A stretch of 64,000 bases of DNA from Abditibacteriaceae bacterium (GCA_965277285.1 OZ255721.1:3456001-3520000); one strand, 5' to 3'; positions 51,891 to 61,904 are shown, counted from the first letter of the stretch. The notes: generated by a model not told the origin, from the letters alone. Made by a program: numbers and translations.

Positions 51891-54059
51891 TCAATTGGGA
51901 TAAAGCGCGCTTTGCGGAATGACTTGCGACGAGCCGCCCGGCGTTTTCCACAACAGCTTGGCCGTAGCTTGGCCGGTGTGCTCGAAAAAGTCCATTCTGA
52001 CGGCGTATTTTTGGCCTGCCGTCAGGTTGACGACTGTGCTGTTGTTGGTCGTAGCGCCGTGCAGCGTCCAGTTGTTGATGACCTGAACGCCGTTGACCCA
52101 CAAGCGCACGCCGTCATCGGAAACCGTCGAGAAAACGTAGCTTCCTGTTGTCGTCGCCTGAACTTGACCCGTCCAACGTACCGAAAACGAATCGACGTGA
52201 ACCGAGGCGGCAGGCGAGCCGGTTCCCCAATCGAAGTTGACCGTGGCATCCGTCCGATTGAGTACTGGATTGACAAAAGTTTCCGAATTGAAATAAGCAC
52301 CGCTCAAGCCTGTTCCCATTGTGGCGCTACTATCGACGACGGTGAAGGAAACACTCAAAGGCGTGCCTCTTGTGCCACCCAGATTGCTGGCGGAATAAGG
52401 TGTTGCAGTCACGGAATGAGCGCCCAACGCTGGAACCCAGGCCGCGTAATCGGTGCTGCCATCCGCTTTGGCGCTGTCGCCCGCGATGTCATACGGCACG
52501 GCGTTTTCCGTGTGATAATTGGTGGTGCCATCCAAACCGAACAGCACGCTGCCGACATTCGCCGGATTGGTATTGGCGCGAATGCTGAGGTTCTTGGTGC
52601 CAATTTTGGCGAAATCAATTGTTGCGTTGGCGGGAATCGGGTCGAAGCCGCTTACGGCTTGATCGGTATCGGCGTTGATCAAGGTCAACGAAGTCACCGT
52701 TTGCGGCACGGGCGTTGGTGTCGGCGTCGGAGGTGGAGCGTTCTGGCTCAATTTGTAAATCGTGCCGCTGCCATCGTCCGAGATGAGCATATTGCCTTGC
52801 GCATCAACGGCTGTATCGACAGGCCGTCCCCAATTGCTGGACGCATCGGCCCAGCCAGAAACGAAATCGGCTTGCGCGCCCGGAACTTGATTCGTCGTGT
52901 CCCACGGAAAGTAAACGACTTTGTAGCCGGTTTTCTGCGACCTGTTCCACGAACCGTGGAGGGCGATGGTGACGCCGTTGCGGTAGGCCGTCGGAAAAGC
53001 CGTGTTGCCCAGAAAAGTCAGTCCGAGCGGCGCCGAATGCGCTTGAATGCCTTTGTTGATGCGGTCGAAACTACTCGCCGCGCCATGACTGCCATCGGCG
53101 TTATTTTGCACGTCCAAATCGAACGGCATATTGTCGAATCCAGTACTCGAATCGGGGTTTGGGTTGGCGTAGGGCCAGCCGTAATTGCCGCCATCGCGGA
53201 CGTGCGTGAACTCTTCCGGCGGATGGTTATCGACAAACGATTGCATCACTTTGCCGTAATCGTCCGTCCCGTCGCCGTCCCAATCGCTGTGAAAAGGATA
53301 GGCGATGTTGTCTCGGTTATTGACGCAAACCCACAAATTGTTGATCGTGTTCGGCACAATCGCCAGCCCTTCGGCGTTGCGCAAGCCGGTCGCAAAAACT
53401 CGCGCGCCAGTTCCATCCGCGTTGTATTGAAAAATCGTGGCGCGCGGCGGATTCGCCGTCACGTCAGACGGGTCAGCGTTCGTCGCAGAGGAAACTTCGA
53501 CATACAATTTGTCGTTGCCGTCGATGGCAAAGTTCTTCAGCGCGTGCGCATAAGCGCCTCGCAATTGCGGCGAACTGTCGTCCGGCAAGCCGCTGATGAT
53601 GGTTTGTTCGTTGTGCGCCGTCAGGTCGCCGTTGCTGTAAGGAAAGCGGTCGATCTGGTTGCTTTCCGAAACATAAAGCCAGGTCGTGGCGCCGACCGTA
53701 TGAAAAACCATGTCCTGCGGCTTGTTCAATCCGGTCACGAAATCGGAAACGGTCGGGGCGCCGTTGGCGTTGGCGCGCACCAGCGAGATTTTGCCGTTGC
53801 CCGGCTGCGATACCAGCAAATTGCCGTCGGGCGTGAAGGTCAAAAATCGCGCGCCGCCGATGCGCGCATAAACCGCGATATTGAAGTTCGTCGGAATGTT
53901 GAGCGTGCGCGGTGTATCGAAAGGCGCGCTCGTCATCGAAGCTGGAACTTGTACGGTTTGCGGCGAAAGCGCGACTTGCGCCTGTGCCGTTGTCGTCATC
54001 CAGCTCAAGGCGGCTGTCGATAACGCTGTTGCGAAAAGTTTCGGTGCCACTTTTTTCAT
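51891..54059 (-). CDS. Glucose/sorbosone dehydrogenase-like protein with C-terminal PA14 domain
   Basis: ATGLRN, NYGWP, AHSAPLG, HGSWNR, GRPVD, ISDD; FSVRWTG and SDDGVRLWVNG (PA14). Confidence 0.9.
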   Translation of the reverse strand: MKKVAPKLFATALSTAALSWMTTTAQAQVALSPQTVQVPASMTSAPFDTPRTLNIPTNFNIAVYARIGGARFLTFTPDGNLLVSQPGNGKISLVRANANGAPTVSDFVTGLNKPQDMVFHTVGATTWLYVSESNQIDRFPYSNGDLTAHNEQTIISGLPDDSSPQLRGAYAHALKNFAIDGNDKLYVEVSSATNADPSDVTANPPRATIFQYNADGTGARVFATGLRNAEGLAIVPNTINNLWVCVNNRDNIAYPFHSDWDGDGTDDYGKVMQSFVDNHPPEEFTHVRDGGNYGWPYANPNPDSSTGFDNMPFDLDVQNNADGSHGAASSFDRINKGIQAHSAPLGLTFLGNTAFPTAYRNGVTIALHGSWNRSQKTGYKVVYFPWDTTNQVPGAQADFVSGWADASSNWGRPVDTAVDAQGNMLISDDGSGTIYKLSQNAPPPTPTPTPVPQTVTSLTLINADTDQAVSGFDPIPANATIDFAKIGTKNLSIRANTNPANVGSVLFGLDGTTNYHTENAVPYDIAGDSAKADGSTDYAAWVPALGAHSVTATPYSASNLGGTRGTPLSVSFTVVDSSATMGTGLSGAYFNSETFVNPVLNRTDATVNFDWGTGSPAASVHVDSFSVRWTGQVQATTTGSYVFSTVSDDGVRLWVNGVQVINNWTLHGATTNNSTVVNLTAGQKYAVRMDFFEHTGQATAKLLWKTPGGSSQVIPQSALYPN

Positions 54060-54241
54060 GTGGAACTCCTGCCGTGAAAGATCGGTTGAGAAAGTCTTTG
54101 GGTGACAATCTTTTTCCATAACTCAAGGGCGAAATGAGAACCGAGTGTATCTTGTGGCGCCACGTAATTTCCCTGACACAGTTTCGAGTACTCGAATGAG
54201 GTTTGAGCAATTACCAGAGCAATGCTACGATGATCTATCAG

Positions 54242-55351
54242 TTACGGATTTTTGGTCGCATTGTCAGGCCGAAATCTGGTGAAATTGTGGTTGGCGAAGT
54301 CGAGCGAATCGCGGCAATGTTCGGTGACGACGCGCCAAACGTGCGACTTTTGATAAACCATCACGCGGCGATCCAGGTTGCGCGTCTGAAGTTCCTTCGC
54401 CATTTTGGTGAAATCGTCGTAGTCTTCTTCGCCGGGCGCGGCATCCATATAAATGTGCAGCGGCGAATCGGCGGGAATCTTCTGCGCCAGCAACAGCGGA
54501 TTGTTGGCGTCCCACAACGGGCCGGGCGCGCCCAAAATAGTTTTCATCACGCTCGCATCGCCCGCTGGCTGATAAAAACCGGCGTGCGAACACAGCACAT
54601 TGAAAATATCGGGATGCTTTAATCCCAGATTGAGCGCGCCATAACCGCCGCCGGAATAACCCATCAGAGCGCGCTGCGAAGCCTGCGGAATCGTGCGATA
54701 TGTCGCGTCGATATACGGCACCAAGCCTTCAACAATGAAATCTTCTTCACGGTAACCGTCCGTTGCGCGATTGCAAAAGTTCGTCATGTCGCGCGAACCT
54801 TTGGGGCCGTCGCCATCGAAAGCGACCATAATCAGCGGCTGAATTTCGCCAGCGGAAATCATCTTATCGGCGACTTCTTCCATGTGCCCCGATTTGTAAC
54901 AATCGGCCCAACCGCCCGGCTGACCGTGCAAAACGTAAACGACCGGGTATCGAGTACTCGATGCGTCGTAGTTCGGCGGCAAATAAACCCACGTCGTGAT
55001 TTTGCGCCCCACAATCGGCGAGTAGGGCATCGATTGCAAAACCAGTTGCCCGTTCAAATTTGGCCCGTTCTTCTTCGATTTATCGCTCTTAACCACAACC
55101 TTCGGCGTCGCTTGCGGCGTGGCTCGCGGCGTGGCGATTGGTGAAGCAGCAGGTGTCGCGGTTGGCGAATCGACAGGTGTCGCGGTTGGTGTTGGCATCG
55201 CGTTTTGCGCCAGGCGAACTGGCGAAACGGAACGCGAGTGCGCGCCATGCGAGAGAACGGTTGTTGTCGCCAGCCCCAAAGCCGCTATTAGCAACGGCGT
55301 CTTGAACCATTTTGTCTGATAATTTCTCTGACCTTTCAAACCATTTTGCAT
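54242..55351 (-). CDS. Secreted esterase (alpha/beta hydrolase)
   Basis: VYLPPNY, YPVVYVLHG, GYSGGG nucleophile elbow, H.W; Pro/Thr linker. Confidence 0.88.
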   Translation of the reverse strand: MQNGLKGQRNYQTKWFKTPLLIAALGLATTTVLSHGAHSRSVSPVRLAQNAMPTPTATPVDSPTATPAASPIATPRATPQATPKVVVKSDKSKKNGPNLNGQLVLQSMPYSPIVGRKITTWVYLPPNYDASSTRYPVVYVLHGQPGGWADCYKSGHMEEVADKMISAGEIQPLIMVAFDGDGPKGSRDMTNFCNRATDGYREEDFIVEGLVPYIDATYRTIPQASQRALMGYSGGGYGALNLGLKHPDIFNVLCSHAGFYQPAGDASVMKTILGAPGPLWDANNPLLLAQKIPADSPLHIYMDAAPGEEDYDDFTKMAKELQTRNLDRRVMVYQKSHVWRVVTEHCRDSLDFANHNFTRFRPDNATKNP

Positions 55352-55542
55352 ATCGTCCTTCAAATGCGAGAATATAAATTTGCGTTTTCTGGCGCCAAAA
55401 CCTGACGCCGCAAAACGTCTAACGGCTGAGTTTAGAAACTGGCATTTTGCAAGAAAAGCGCATGTTTTTCGACAAATGAAAAAGAATTGCACGAGATTGC
55501 AGAAACAAAGTAGGGGCGCATTGCAATGCGCCCCTACAAAAC

Positions 55543-56499
55543 TCACAACACCAATTCGCCGTGACGACGGCAATTTGCGACCGCGCGCGCGACGTGCTTG
55601 CACCAATGATGCGGCGTTTGCATATCCGGCTCGTGCATCGCGTGGCGAAAACGAAAATCGGGGCAATCGCACCAAACATGACCGCTCACTACATCGACAA
55701 CCGGATGCCAGAACGTGTAATCATCGCGCGTGAAACTGCGCGTCTGGAAGAAAATCTGGCCGTCCGGCGAAACCCAGTCGCGCAACACCAGACGCTTCTT
55801 CGGCGTTGAAACGTCTTTCGAGTACTCGATAACGCTTTGCGCTTCGATGCGCTTGGCATCGCTCGAAGACCGTTTCATTTGCTCGCGCGACAGAAAGCGC
55901 AACTCCATTTGGCGAGGCGAAAACGGCTGAAGCAAGTTGCGCAGAATGTTGGTGTTTCTCACGCTCGGGTCAAGCCATTGCTCATAACTTTCGGCACGCA
56001 AAATCGCGGGCATTCGCGCGTGATGCGGACTCAGCAAACGATTGCTTTCCGTCGTGACAATCGCGCACGAGCGAAACGCGTGACCGTTTGGCAAAACCCA
56101 TTCGTCCCACAACGCCGCGAACCCGAACAAACCGCCGTTCTTATCGCTGACATAAAGCGGCACACGCTCGCCGTCAACCGTCGTCCACTCGAAAAACCCG
56201 CTCGCCGGAACGATGCAACGTTGATTCAGCAAGGAATCGCGGAAAGCGGGCTTTTCGTGCAAAGTTTCCGCTCGTGCGTTGAAAATGCGACGCTCTGCCT
56301 GATCGTCACTTGCCCAGTTCGGCACAAGTCCCCAACGCAAACTTTGCGCGGTTCGCGTCCTCGATTCGCTGACACCAATCGCCGGAATCTTCTGACCGGC
56401 GCGCATCCCGAAAGTCGGCGCGAAAACGCTTCCGCTTTCAACACCAAAATGCTGCACAACTTCGTCCCAACGATGACTGATTGCAAACTCTCGACACAT
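55543..56499 (-). CDS. SOS response-associated peptidase (SRAP/YedK-like) fused to a SWIM-like zinc finger
   Basis: MC start, RWGLVP, FNARAET, RCIVPASGFFEW, HARMP; C-terminal CDCPDF...WCKH. Confidence 0.9.
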   Translation of the reverse strand: MCREFAISHRWDEVVQHFGVESGSVFAPTFGMRAGQKIPAIGVSESRTRTAQSLRWGLVPNWASDDQAERRIFNARAETLHEKPAFRDSLLNQRCIVPASGFFEWTTVDGERVPLYVSDKNGGLFGFAALWDEWVLPNGHAFRSCAIVTTESNRLLSPHHARMPAILRAESYEQWLDPSVRNTNILRNLLQPFSPRQMELRFLSREQMKRSSSDAKRIEAQSVIEYSKDVSTPKKRLVLRDWVSPDGQIFFQTRSFTRDDYTFWHPVVDVVSGHVWCDCPDFRFRHAMHEPDMQTPHHWCKHVARAVANCRRHGELVL

Positions 56500-56629
56500 G
56501 ATAAATCTCCTTTTTGTGGCTCATGTGGACGAGGCGAAAATACGGCTTTCGTCCTGTCTCTGTATGGGTTTTTCAGACGTTCGACACCTTGAAAAGTGCC
56601 GTTTTTGTGGTCTAAAAATGAGGTTTTTA

Positions 56630-56756
56630 TTGGAACACGGCGGCCTCGCCGACACGGATTGAACGGGTTTTCACGGATCAAAAACAGATCGAGTACTCGA
56701 TTTAGAAAAATCCTTATCCATCCGTCTCATCCGTGTAACGCAGTTCCGTGTCCCCA
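56630..56756. repeat. Inverted repeat related to the outer arms of 5400-5720
   Basis: GACACGGATTGAACGG shared with 5416-5431; complementary ATCCGT units downstream. Confidence 0.65.
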
Positions 56757-56788
56757 AAAAACTTCCTAAAATAATTATACCAAATGAC

Positions 56789-56817
56789 TTCACTTAGATG
56801 AGTGAAAGCGTTATAAT
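56789..56817 (+). promoter_or_regulatory. Sigma-70-like promoter overlapped by an inverted repeat
   Basis: TTCACT-17 bp-TATAAT; TTCACT-N6-AGTGAA dyad. Confidence 0.55.
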
Positions 56818-56860
56818 AATTGCAACGCAGCAAGAATTGCAGCAGAAAAGGAGTCCTCGA

Positions 56861-57940
56861 ATGAGCCTGTCATTTCAGAGAGCGAGTAAGAAAAGCGCGC
56901 GTTTGCGCATGGCCTTGATCGGTGTCGCGGGCAGCGGCAAGACGTATACGGCGCTCAGCATCGCGCAGCATTTGGGCAAGCGCGTCGCGGTTTTCGATAC
57001 CGAACGCGGCAGCGCCTCGAAGTATTCCGATACCTTCGAGTTCGACGTTTTGGAGCCGGAAAACTTCAACCCGAAAACCTATATCGACGCGATTGCTGCC
57101 GCTGAAGAAGCCGGTTACGACGTGATTATCCTGGACAGCCTTTCGCACGCCTGGACGGGTCAGGGCGGCGCTTTGGATTTGGTCGATAAAGCGGCGCGAC
57201 GTTCGCAAAGCAACAACACTTTCGGCGCGTGGCGCGACGTGACGCCGTTGCACAACGCGATGGTGGACGCGATGATCGGCGCCAAAATCCACATCATTGC
57301 AACGATGCGCGCCAAAACTGAATACGTGCAGGAAAAAGACAAGAATGGCCGCACGACGGTGCGCAAAGTCGGCATGGCTCCGGTGCAGCGCGACGGTTTG
57401 GAATACGAGTTCGATGTGGTCGCCGACCTGGATCAGGACAACAACTTCATCGTTGGCAAAACGCGTTGTCCGGCGATTGCGGGCATGGTCGTCAACAAAG
57501 CCGGCCGCGAAGTAGCGACCAAGCTGAACAACTGGCTGTCCGATGGCGGCGCGCCCGAAGTTTCGGCTCCCAAAGCCGGACGCGAAAGTGTGCGCGAAGC
57601 CGCCAAAAACGTTCCCGCCGATGTCGCGGCCAATGCGCCAAGTGAAGAAAAATCAGCCGTAAAAGCGTCATCGAGTACTCGATTGCGCGACAAAGCGGCT
57701 GCGGAAAAGCCGGTTGAGAAAGCGGACGATTTCGCGTCGGACATCGCCGAAACGATGCATTGCGATTGCGGCGTGGAAGCGCGTTATGTGCGCGGCAAAA
57801 GCGGCAACGGCTGGGTTTGCGGCAACTTCGGCGCGCCCGATGCGTGCAACTTCCGCATGAAGGACAGCACGCCCGAACCCGTGGTTGATGTCTTCGATGA
57901 AGCCGAACCGGAAGTGGCATTGAACGGCAAAGGTCATTGA
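56861..57940 (+). CDS. AAA_24 / Sak4-like ATPase with C-terminal zinc finger
   Basis: GVAGSGKT, DTERGSA, IILDSLSHAW, MRAK.EY, QRDGLEYEFD; CDCG...WVC...CNF. Confidence 0.85.
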   Translation: MSLSFQRASKKSARLRMALIGVAGSGKTYTALSIAQHLGKRVAVFDTERGSASKYSDTFEFDVLEPENFNPKTYIDAIAAAEEAGYDVIILDSLSHAWTGQGGALDLVDKAARRSQSNNTFGAWRDVTPLHNAMVDAMIGAKIHIIATMRAKTEYVQEKDKNGRTTVRKVGMAPVQRDGLEYEFDVVADLDQDNNFIVGKTRCPAIAGMVVNKAGREVATKLNNWLSDGGAPEVSAPKAGRESVREAAKNVPADVAANAPSEEKSAVKASSSTRLRDKAAAEKPVEKADDFASDIAETMHCDCGVEARYVRGKSGNGWVCGNFGAPDACNFRMKDSTPEPVVDVFDEAEPEVALNGKGH

Positions 57941-57957
57941 AGCAAATTTAATCTACG

Positions 57958-58002
57958 CATAATGAGGGATGCAACGAGTTCATTTGCTGCACCCTCATTA
58001 TG
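57958..58002. terminator. Hairpin between convergent genes
   Basis: CATAATGAGGG...CCCTCATTATG. Confidence 0.6.
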
Positions 58003-58036
58003 TGTGGAGAGAAGTTATAGTTTATTCTTCCCGAAC

Positions 58037-58506
58037 TTAATGCTTGCACTGTTTTTCTATATAACTTATCACTTCCACGGACTTATCTAAGTATACGTTT
58101 ATGCGAGCCAAAGTGATTCCCGAATCCTTTCCATGTGCTATGAGATGTCGATTAGCCATTATAGAATCAATGGCTTCTTTTCTACCTTCTTCGTTCAAAA
58201 AAGTTTCTAGATCAACAGCCCAATTCTTTTTAAAGATCGAGCTACTGAGACGAATTTTGGACTTTTGGGGTTTTGAAGTTTGTCAAGGTTCTGGCTAACA
58301 TGATTGTATATAGCCTCGCTCGCAGAACCTCGAGCATAAGCTTTATAAATTTCGATTAGAGCGTTCTCCAGAAACCCCGCGCTTAAAACACACAGGTATC
58401 TCGCCCAGTGAGATTGAGCTTCAATGTCATCACCACATGCTTTGCTCGTCTTTGCAAACAAAGCTTTTAACCTGTGCAGTTGTCTTGACACCTCGGCATT
58501 ATTCAT
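58037..58506 (-). pseudogene. HEPN-domain gene interrupted by a -1 frameshift
   Basis: Frame stops at 58207; the -1 frame from TTTAAAAAG (58234-58226) reads KKNWAVDLETF...NRHLIAHG...KQCKH* (RxxxxH motif). Confidence 0.8.
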
Positions 58507-59594
58507 TAGATGTTTTCAAACTTCTCCGTCGCTTTCTTTAAACGGTCTTTTACGTTGGCCTCATCCGCAGTAGATTGGCTGCTGGCTCTGATAAAATCTG
58601 CGTCTTGAAGTAAGGCGTCATAAGCAGCACGGAGTTTGTCTTCATCTACAGGCACATCGTTTTGAAGACGTTTTGTAAGGCCTACCGCGACAGCATCGAA
58701 GACTGCCGCATTTATAGACCTTTGTGGCTTGAAGGCTTTAACACCAAAGTTCTTATAGGCCACTAAGATCATGTTATCGAACAGTTCCCTGCACTCTTGT
58801 TTGAATTCATCAGACATTGAGATGTTCTTCTTTGCAAATACATTCAAAAACTCTTTCATTGGACGCTCATATACAGCAGAGCCAAAATGTAGTGCAAAAT
58901 ATCTCAGTATCAGCTCTTGATCTTTCAAATGCGTGTGCTTTTTGCCGAAAATTTGGCGCCAGTAGCTGTTATTATTTAATTCACCAACTAAGTCAATCAT
59001 GTCGCCATGATAAATTGCTGTGCGTATTTCTTGAGCATCTAATTTTCTACCGCCATTATTGAGCCTCTCGAAAATATGGTAAACGCTTGTATCGTTATCG
59101 TTTGGTGATTCTTGTCGCACAATTGTAGCGTGAATTATTGAGTCATTGAGTTTTACAATGTCATTGTCAGGTAAATCCTTAAAAGCCTTATTCAAGAACT
59201 TTTTTTGAACGCCAAGTAGTTTAAAAATACGACGGTTCTTATCATCACTTTTCGGATTGAAAAATCCCTCATAGAAGAAACGAAGAGTGCTAATGCGTTG
59301 TTGTCCATCAATCACTATCAATTTGTTTGAGCCAGTATCTCGAGCCAAAAAGATTCCTGGAACAGGAAGGCCCAGAAGCAGCGACTCTATGAAGCGAGAG
59401 GCTTCTACTTGTGTCCAAACATAGTCGCGTTGGAACTTCGGGTTAAAAATATCCCCTCTTTGCAGCCGCCGAACTATACCTTCAACATCATAGTCCGCGC
59501 CGAAACTTGCAATGTCGTATTGCTCTGGAATTGTTGCGTCATCGCCAGCAGCTTCATCTACAATTGTCTCGGCTTTTGTTTCTAACAAGTTCAT
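58506..59594 (-). CDS. DUF262 (ParB-like / GmrS-type) protein
   Basis: PKFQRDYVW, FIESLLLGLPVP, IDGQQR, IFERLNNGG..L..QEIR; AT-rich. Confidence 0.92.
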   Translation of the reverse strand: MNLLETKAETIVDEAAGDDATIPEQYDIASFGADYDVEGIVRRLQRGDIFNPKFQRDYVWTQVEASRFIESLLLGLPVPGIFLARDTGSNKLIVIDGQQRISTLRFFYEGFFNPKSDDKNRRIFKLLGVQKKFLNKAFKDLPDNDIVKLNDSIIHATIVRQESPNDNDTSVYHIFERLNNGGRKLDAQEIRTAIYHGDMIDLVGELNNNSYWRQIFGKKHTHLKDQELILRYFALHFGSAVYERPMKEFLNVFAKKNISMSDEFKQECRELFDNMILVAYKNFGVKAFKPQRSINAAVFDAVAVGLTKRLQNDVPVDEDKLRAAYDALLQDADFIRASSQSTADEANVKDRLKKATEKFENI

Positions 59595-59729
59595 CTCACT
59601 TTCCCTTCGGCACTCGAAACTCATTAAGAGATGCCAATTTATCTATTTGGATTATAACAACGAGCACAAGTCATTGAACATCGTTAATATCTCCACATTG
59701 CGGCGCAGCGATTCATTTCGCTGCGCTTT

Positions 59730-61472
59730 TTATTTGCCCCACGCTTGTTGCGCAAAAGCTTCCAAGTCGTCGTAGCGTTGCGACCAGGTTGTGTACATCA
59801 CGCCGCTGACGTTGGGGACGCCTTTGGTGGCGTCGAGCCAATCGCGGATTTGTTGTGGTCGGTCGTCGTAATAACCGGCGAGAACTTGGTCTTGTCCGCG
59901 CGCGGCGAAAAACGGCAGGCTTTGCTGGCGATGGTCAAAGTTCCAGTTGAAGACGCCGACGTTTTTATCCAGGCCGTTCCATGAACCGGCCAGTGTGCCA
60001 TTGACAAGATAATAGTTGTCGACGGCGTTGTGGTTGGGGTCGAACATATCCGACCAAACGTAGACTTTGGCTTGCGGATTGGCGGCGCGCACAAAAGCGA
60101 TGCAGCGCTTGACGTTATCGGCGAGCAGTTGTCCGGGCGTCATTTTGCGCGATTGGCAGGCTTCGCACCAATTGGCGACGCGCAGTTCATCGTGCGACAG
60201 CAGAAAGGCTTTGGGATGAAAAAGCGCGTTGACGCGACGAATCTGGTCTTGCAGCAAGGTATAAACGGCGGGTTCGCTCAGGCAGCAGGCGACCTGTTCG
60301 CCATTGGTCACAATGGGATGATAAAAGCTGACGAGCAGTTTTTGCCCGTCTTTGATGAGCGAATTGGCGGCCAATCGAATCGGCGGCGCCTCGTGATAAA
60401 TCTCGTATTCGCCTGCCCACGGGATATTGCCCAGGCGCGGGTCTTTCACGGTTTCAAAATCGCGGCCTTCCTGATACAAAGTTCCCGTTTCGCTCTTGAC
60501 CGTCAGCGGACAACCAGCGCGTCGCAGAACATTGAGCAGGCCGACTTCTTCGACCTGCAAATCATCCATCCACATTTTGCCGCCGCGACCGCCCCACACG
60601 CCGCAATAGATGTTGACGCTGCTGTTGTCCAGCGAATTGAAAACCGCGTGATATTGCGTCCATTCCTGCGTGCGCGCGACTTTCCAACCCGCATAAATCA
60701 GCGAGCGACCAGTTGGCGTCAAAGCCAGTGACCAAACGCTGCCAGGCGTCTCGAAATCCTGCGTTTTGAGCCACACCGACAGGTGATATTGGCGCCACGG
60801 ATGCACTTTCAACGTTTGAATAACGCGCCCGTTCGCCGGATTGGACGCCGCGCCGATATTGTCGATGCGCAGCGATTGCGCGCCGCTGTGCTTGATTTGT
60901 GTGTCAGCGAACGTGCCGCTGCCCGGCGCATCCTGATAATTCCAGCCCGCAAAAGTGTTGTTTTTCGCTGTCTCAAAGTCGCCGTTTTGCAATCGAGTAC
61001 TCGAATCAATCTGCAACTCGGCGGTTTTGCCCTTGACCACAAACGGCGCGTCGCGGACGGGAACGCCTTCAGCCAGATTGGGATCGTGCGCCAGCAAACT
61101 CGCCGAATAACCAATCGGCGCAACTGCGGGAACGATGTCCATTCCAAGATCGTGCGCCGTTTTGATGAAGGCGCGCGCGTTGTCGAAGTAATGCGGCGAA
61201 ACCTGGTCGAGCACGCCCAACTTGTAATCGGCCAGCACAACGCCATTGTAACCAGCGGCTTTGGCGCGCTTCATCACCGCTTGCGCCTGCGCCAGTTGAT
61301 CGTCTGAGAGCAGGTTATTCATCATCCAAACCCAACGCGCCGACGGTTTCGTAGTTGCCAACGGCGCAGCCGTTTTGACCGGCGCGCCGTTTTGCGCGCG
61401 AGCAGCCAACGACAAAACGCTCATCAACGCTGCTGCGAAAAGAAATGTACTGGCTGGTTTGTGTCGCATCAT
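59730..61472 (-). CDS. Secreted putative glycoside hydrolase with CBM4/9-like insert
   Basis: Signal peptide; AKAAGYNGVV; LQNGDFE...HSGAQSL; SHDE; WSDMF; GVMYTTW. Confidence 0.7.
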   Translation of the reverse strand: MMRHKPASTFLFAAALMSVLSLAARAQNGAPVKTAAPLATTKPSARWVWMMNNLLSDDQLAQAQAVMKRAKAAGYNGVVLADYKLGVLDQVSPHYFDNARAFIKTAHDLGMDIVPAVAPIGYSASLLAHDPNLAEGVPVRDAPFVVKGKTAELQIDSSTRLQNGDFETAKNNTFAGWNYQDAPGSGTFADTQIKHSGAQSLRIDNIGAASNPANGRVIQTLKVHPWRQYHLSVWLKTQDFETPGSVWSLALTPTGRSLIYAGWKVARTQEWTQYHAVFNSLDNSSVNIYCGVWGGRGGKMWMDDLQVEEVGLLNVLRRAGCPLTVKSETGTLYQEGRDFETVKDPRLGNIPWAGEYEIYHEAPPIRLAANSLIKDGQKLLVSFYHPIVTNGEQVACCLSEPAVYTLLQDQIRRVNALFHPKAFLLSHDELRVANWCEACQSRKMTPGQLLADNVKRCIAFVRAANPQAKVYVWSDMFDPNHNAVDNYYLVNGTLAGSWNGLDKNVGVFNWNFDHRQQSLPFFAARGQDQVLAGYYDDRPQQIRDWLDATKGVPNVSGVMYTTWSQRYDDLEAFAQQAWGK

Positions 61473-61526
61473 CTTTTCTCCTTCAACTCAACTTGGACGC
61501 GTTTCACTGGATTGTACATGGCCGAC

Positions 61527-61904
61527 TTAGCCAAAGGTTGACAGTTCGCCTTCGGCTTCGTCCGCACCGAGCCAAAGCGTGATCCAAATGCCTTGTTTTG
61601 TTGATCGCTTGTCAGTCACGCGCGCTCGAAAGTTTTCTTTCCACTGTTTTCTACCGTCTCCGATGTCTCCAACCCACATTTCGCCAGTGAACTCGATTTG
61701 CCGCAACTTCCTCACTTTCGCCGTCAGGTCAACTACGCCGTCATACCAATAATATTTTCTTGCAGGAACTTCAGCTAACAAGGCTGCAACTATGACCTCG
61801 AACATACGGCTCACATTTTCTGCATAAAGATCGAGTTTTTCGCCCTCAAGCAAACGTTGGAAAACGCTTTCAAAACTCTCTGCCAATGCACTCGGTTGTT
61901 CCAT
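61527..61904 (-). CDS. Hypothetical protein
   Basis: 125-aa ORF with GAGG RBS. Confidence 0.65.
   Translation of the reverse strand: MEQPSALAESFESVFQRLLEGEKLDLYAENVSRMFEVIVAALLAEVPARKYYWYDGVVDLTAKVRKLRQIEFTGEMWVGDIGDGRKQWKENFRARVTDKRSTKQGIWITLWLGADEAEGELSTFG

Noticed and set aside
51786..54023. 745-aa plus-strand ORF
   Set aside because: Antisense shadow of the dehydrogenase-PA14 gene; no recognisable motifs
55543..59594. Prophage
   Set aside because: Only SRAP and Sak4-like genes; no structural, terminase or integrase genes
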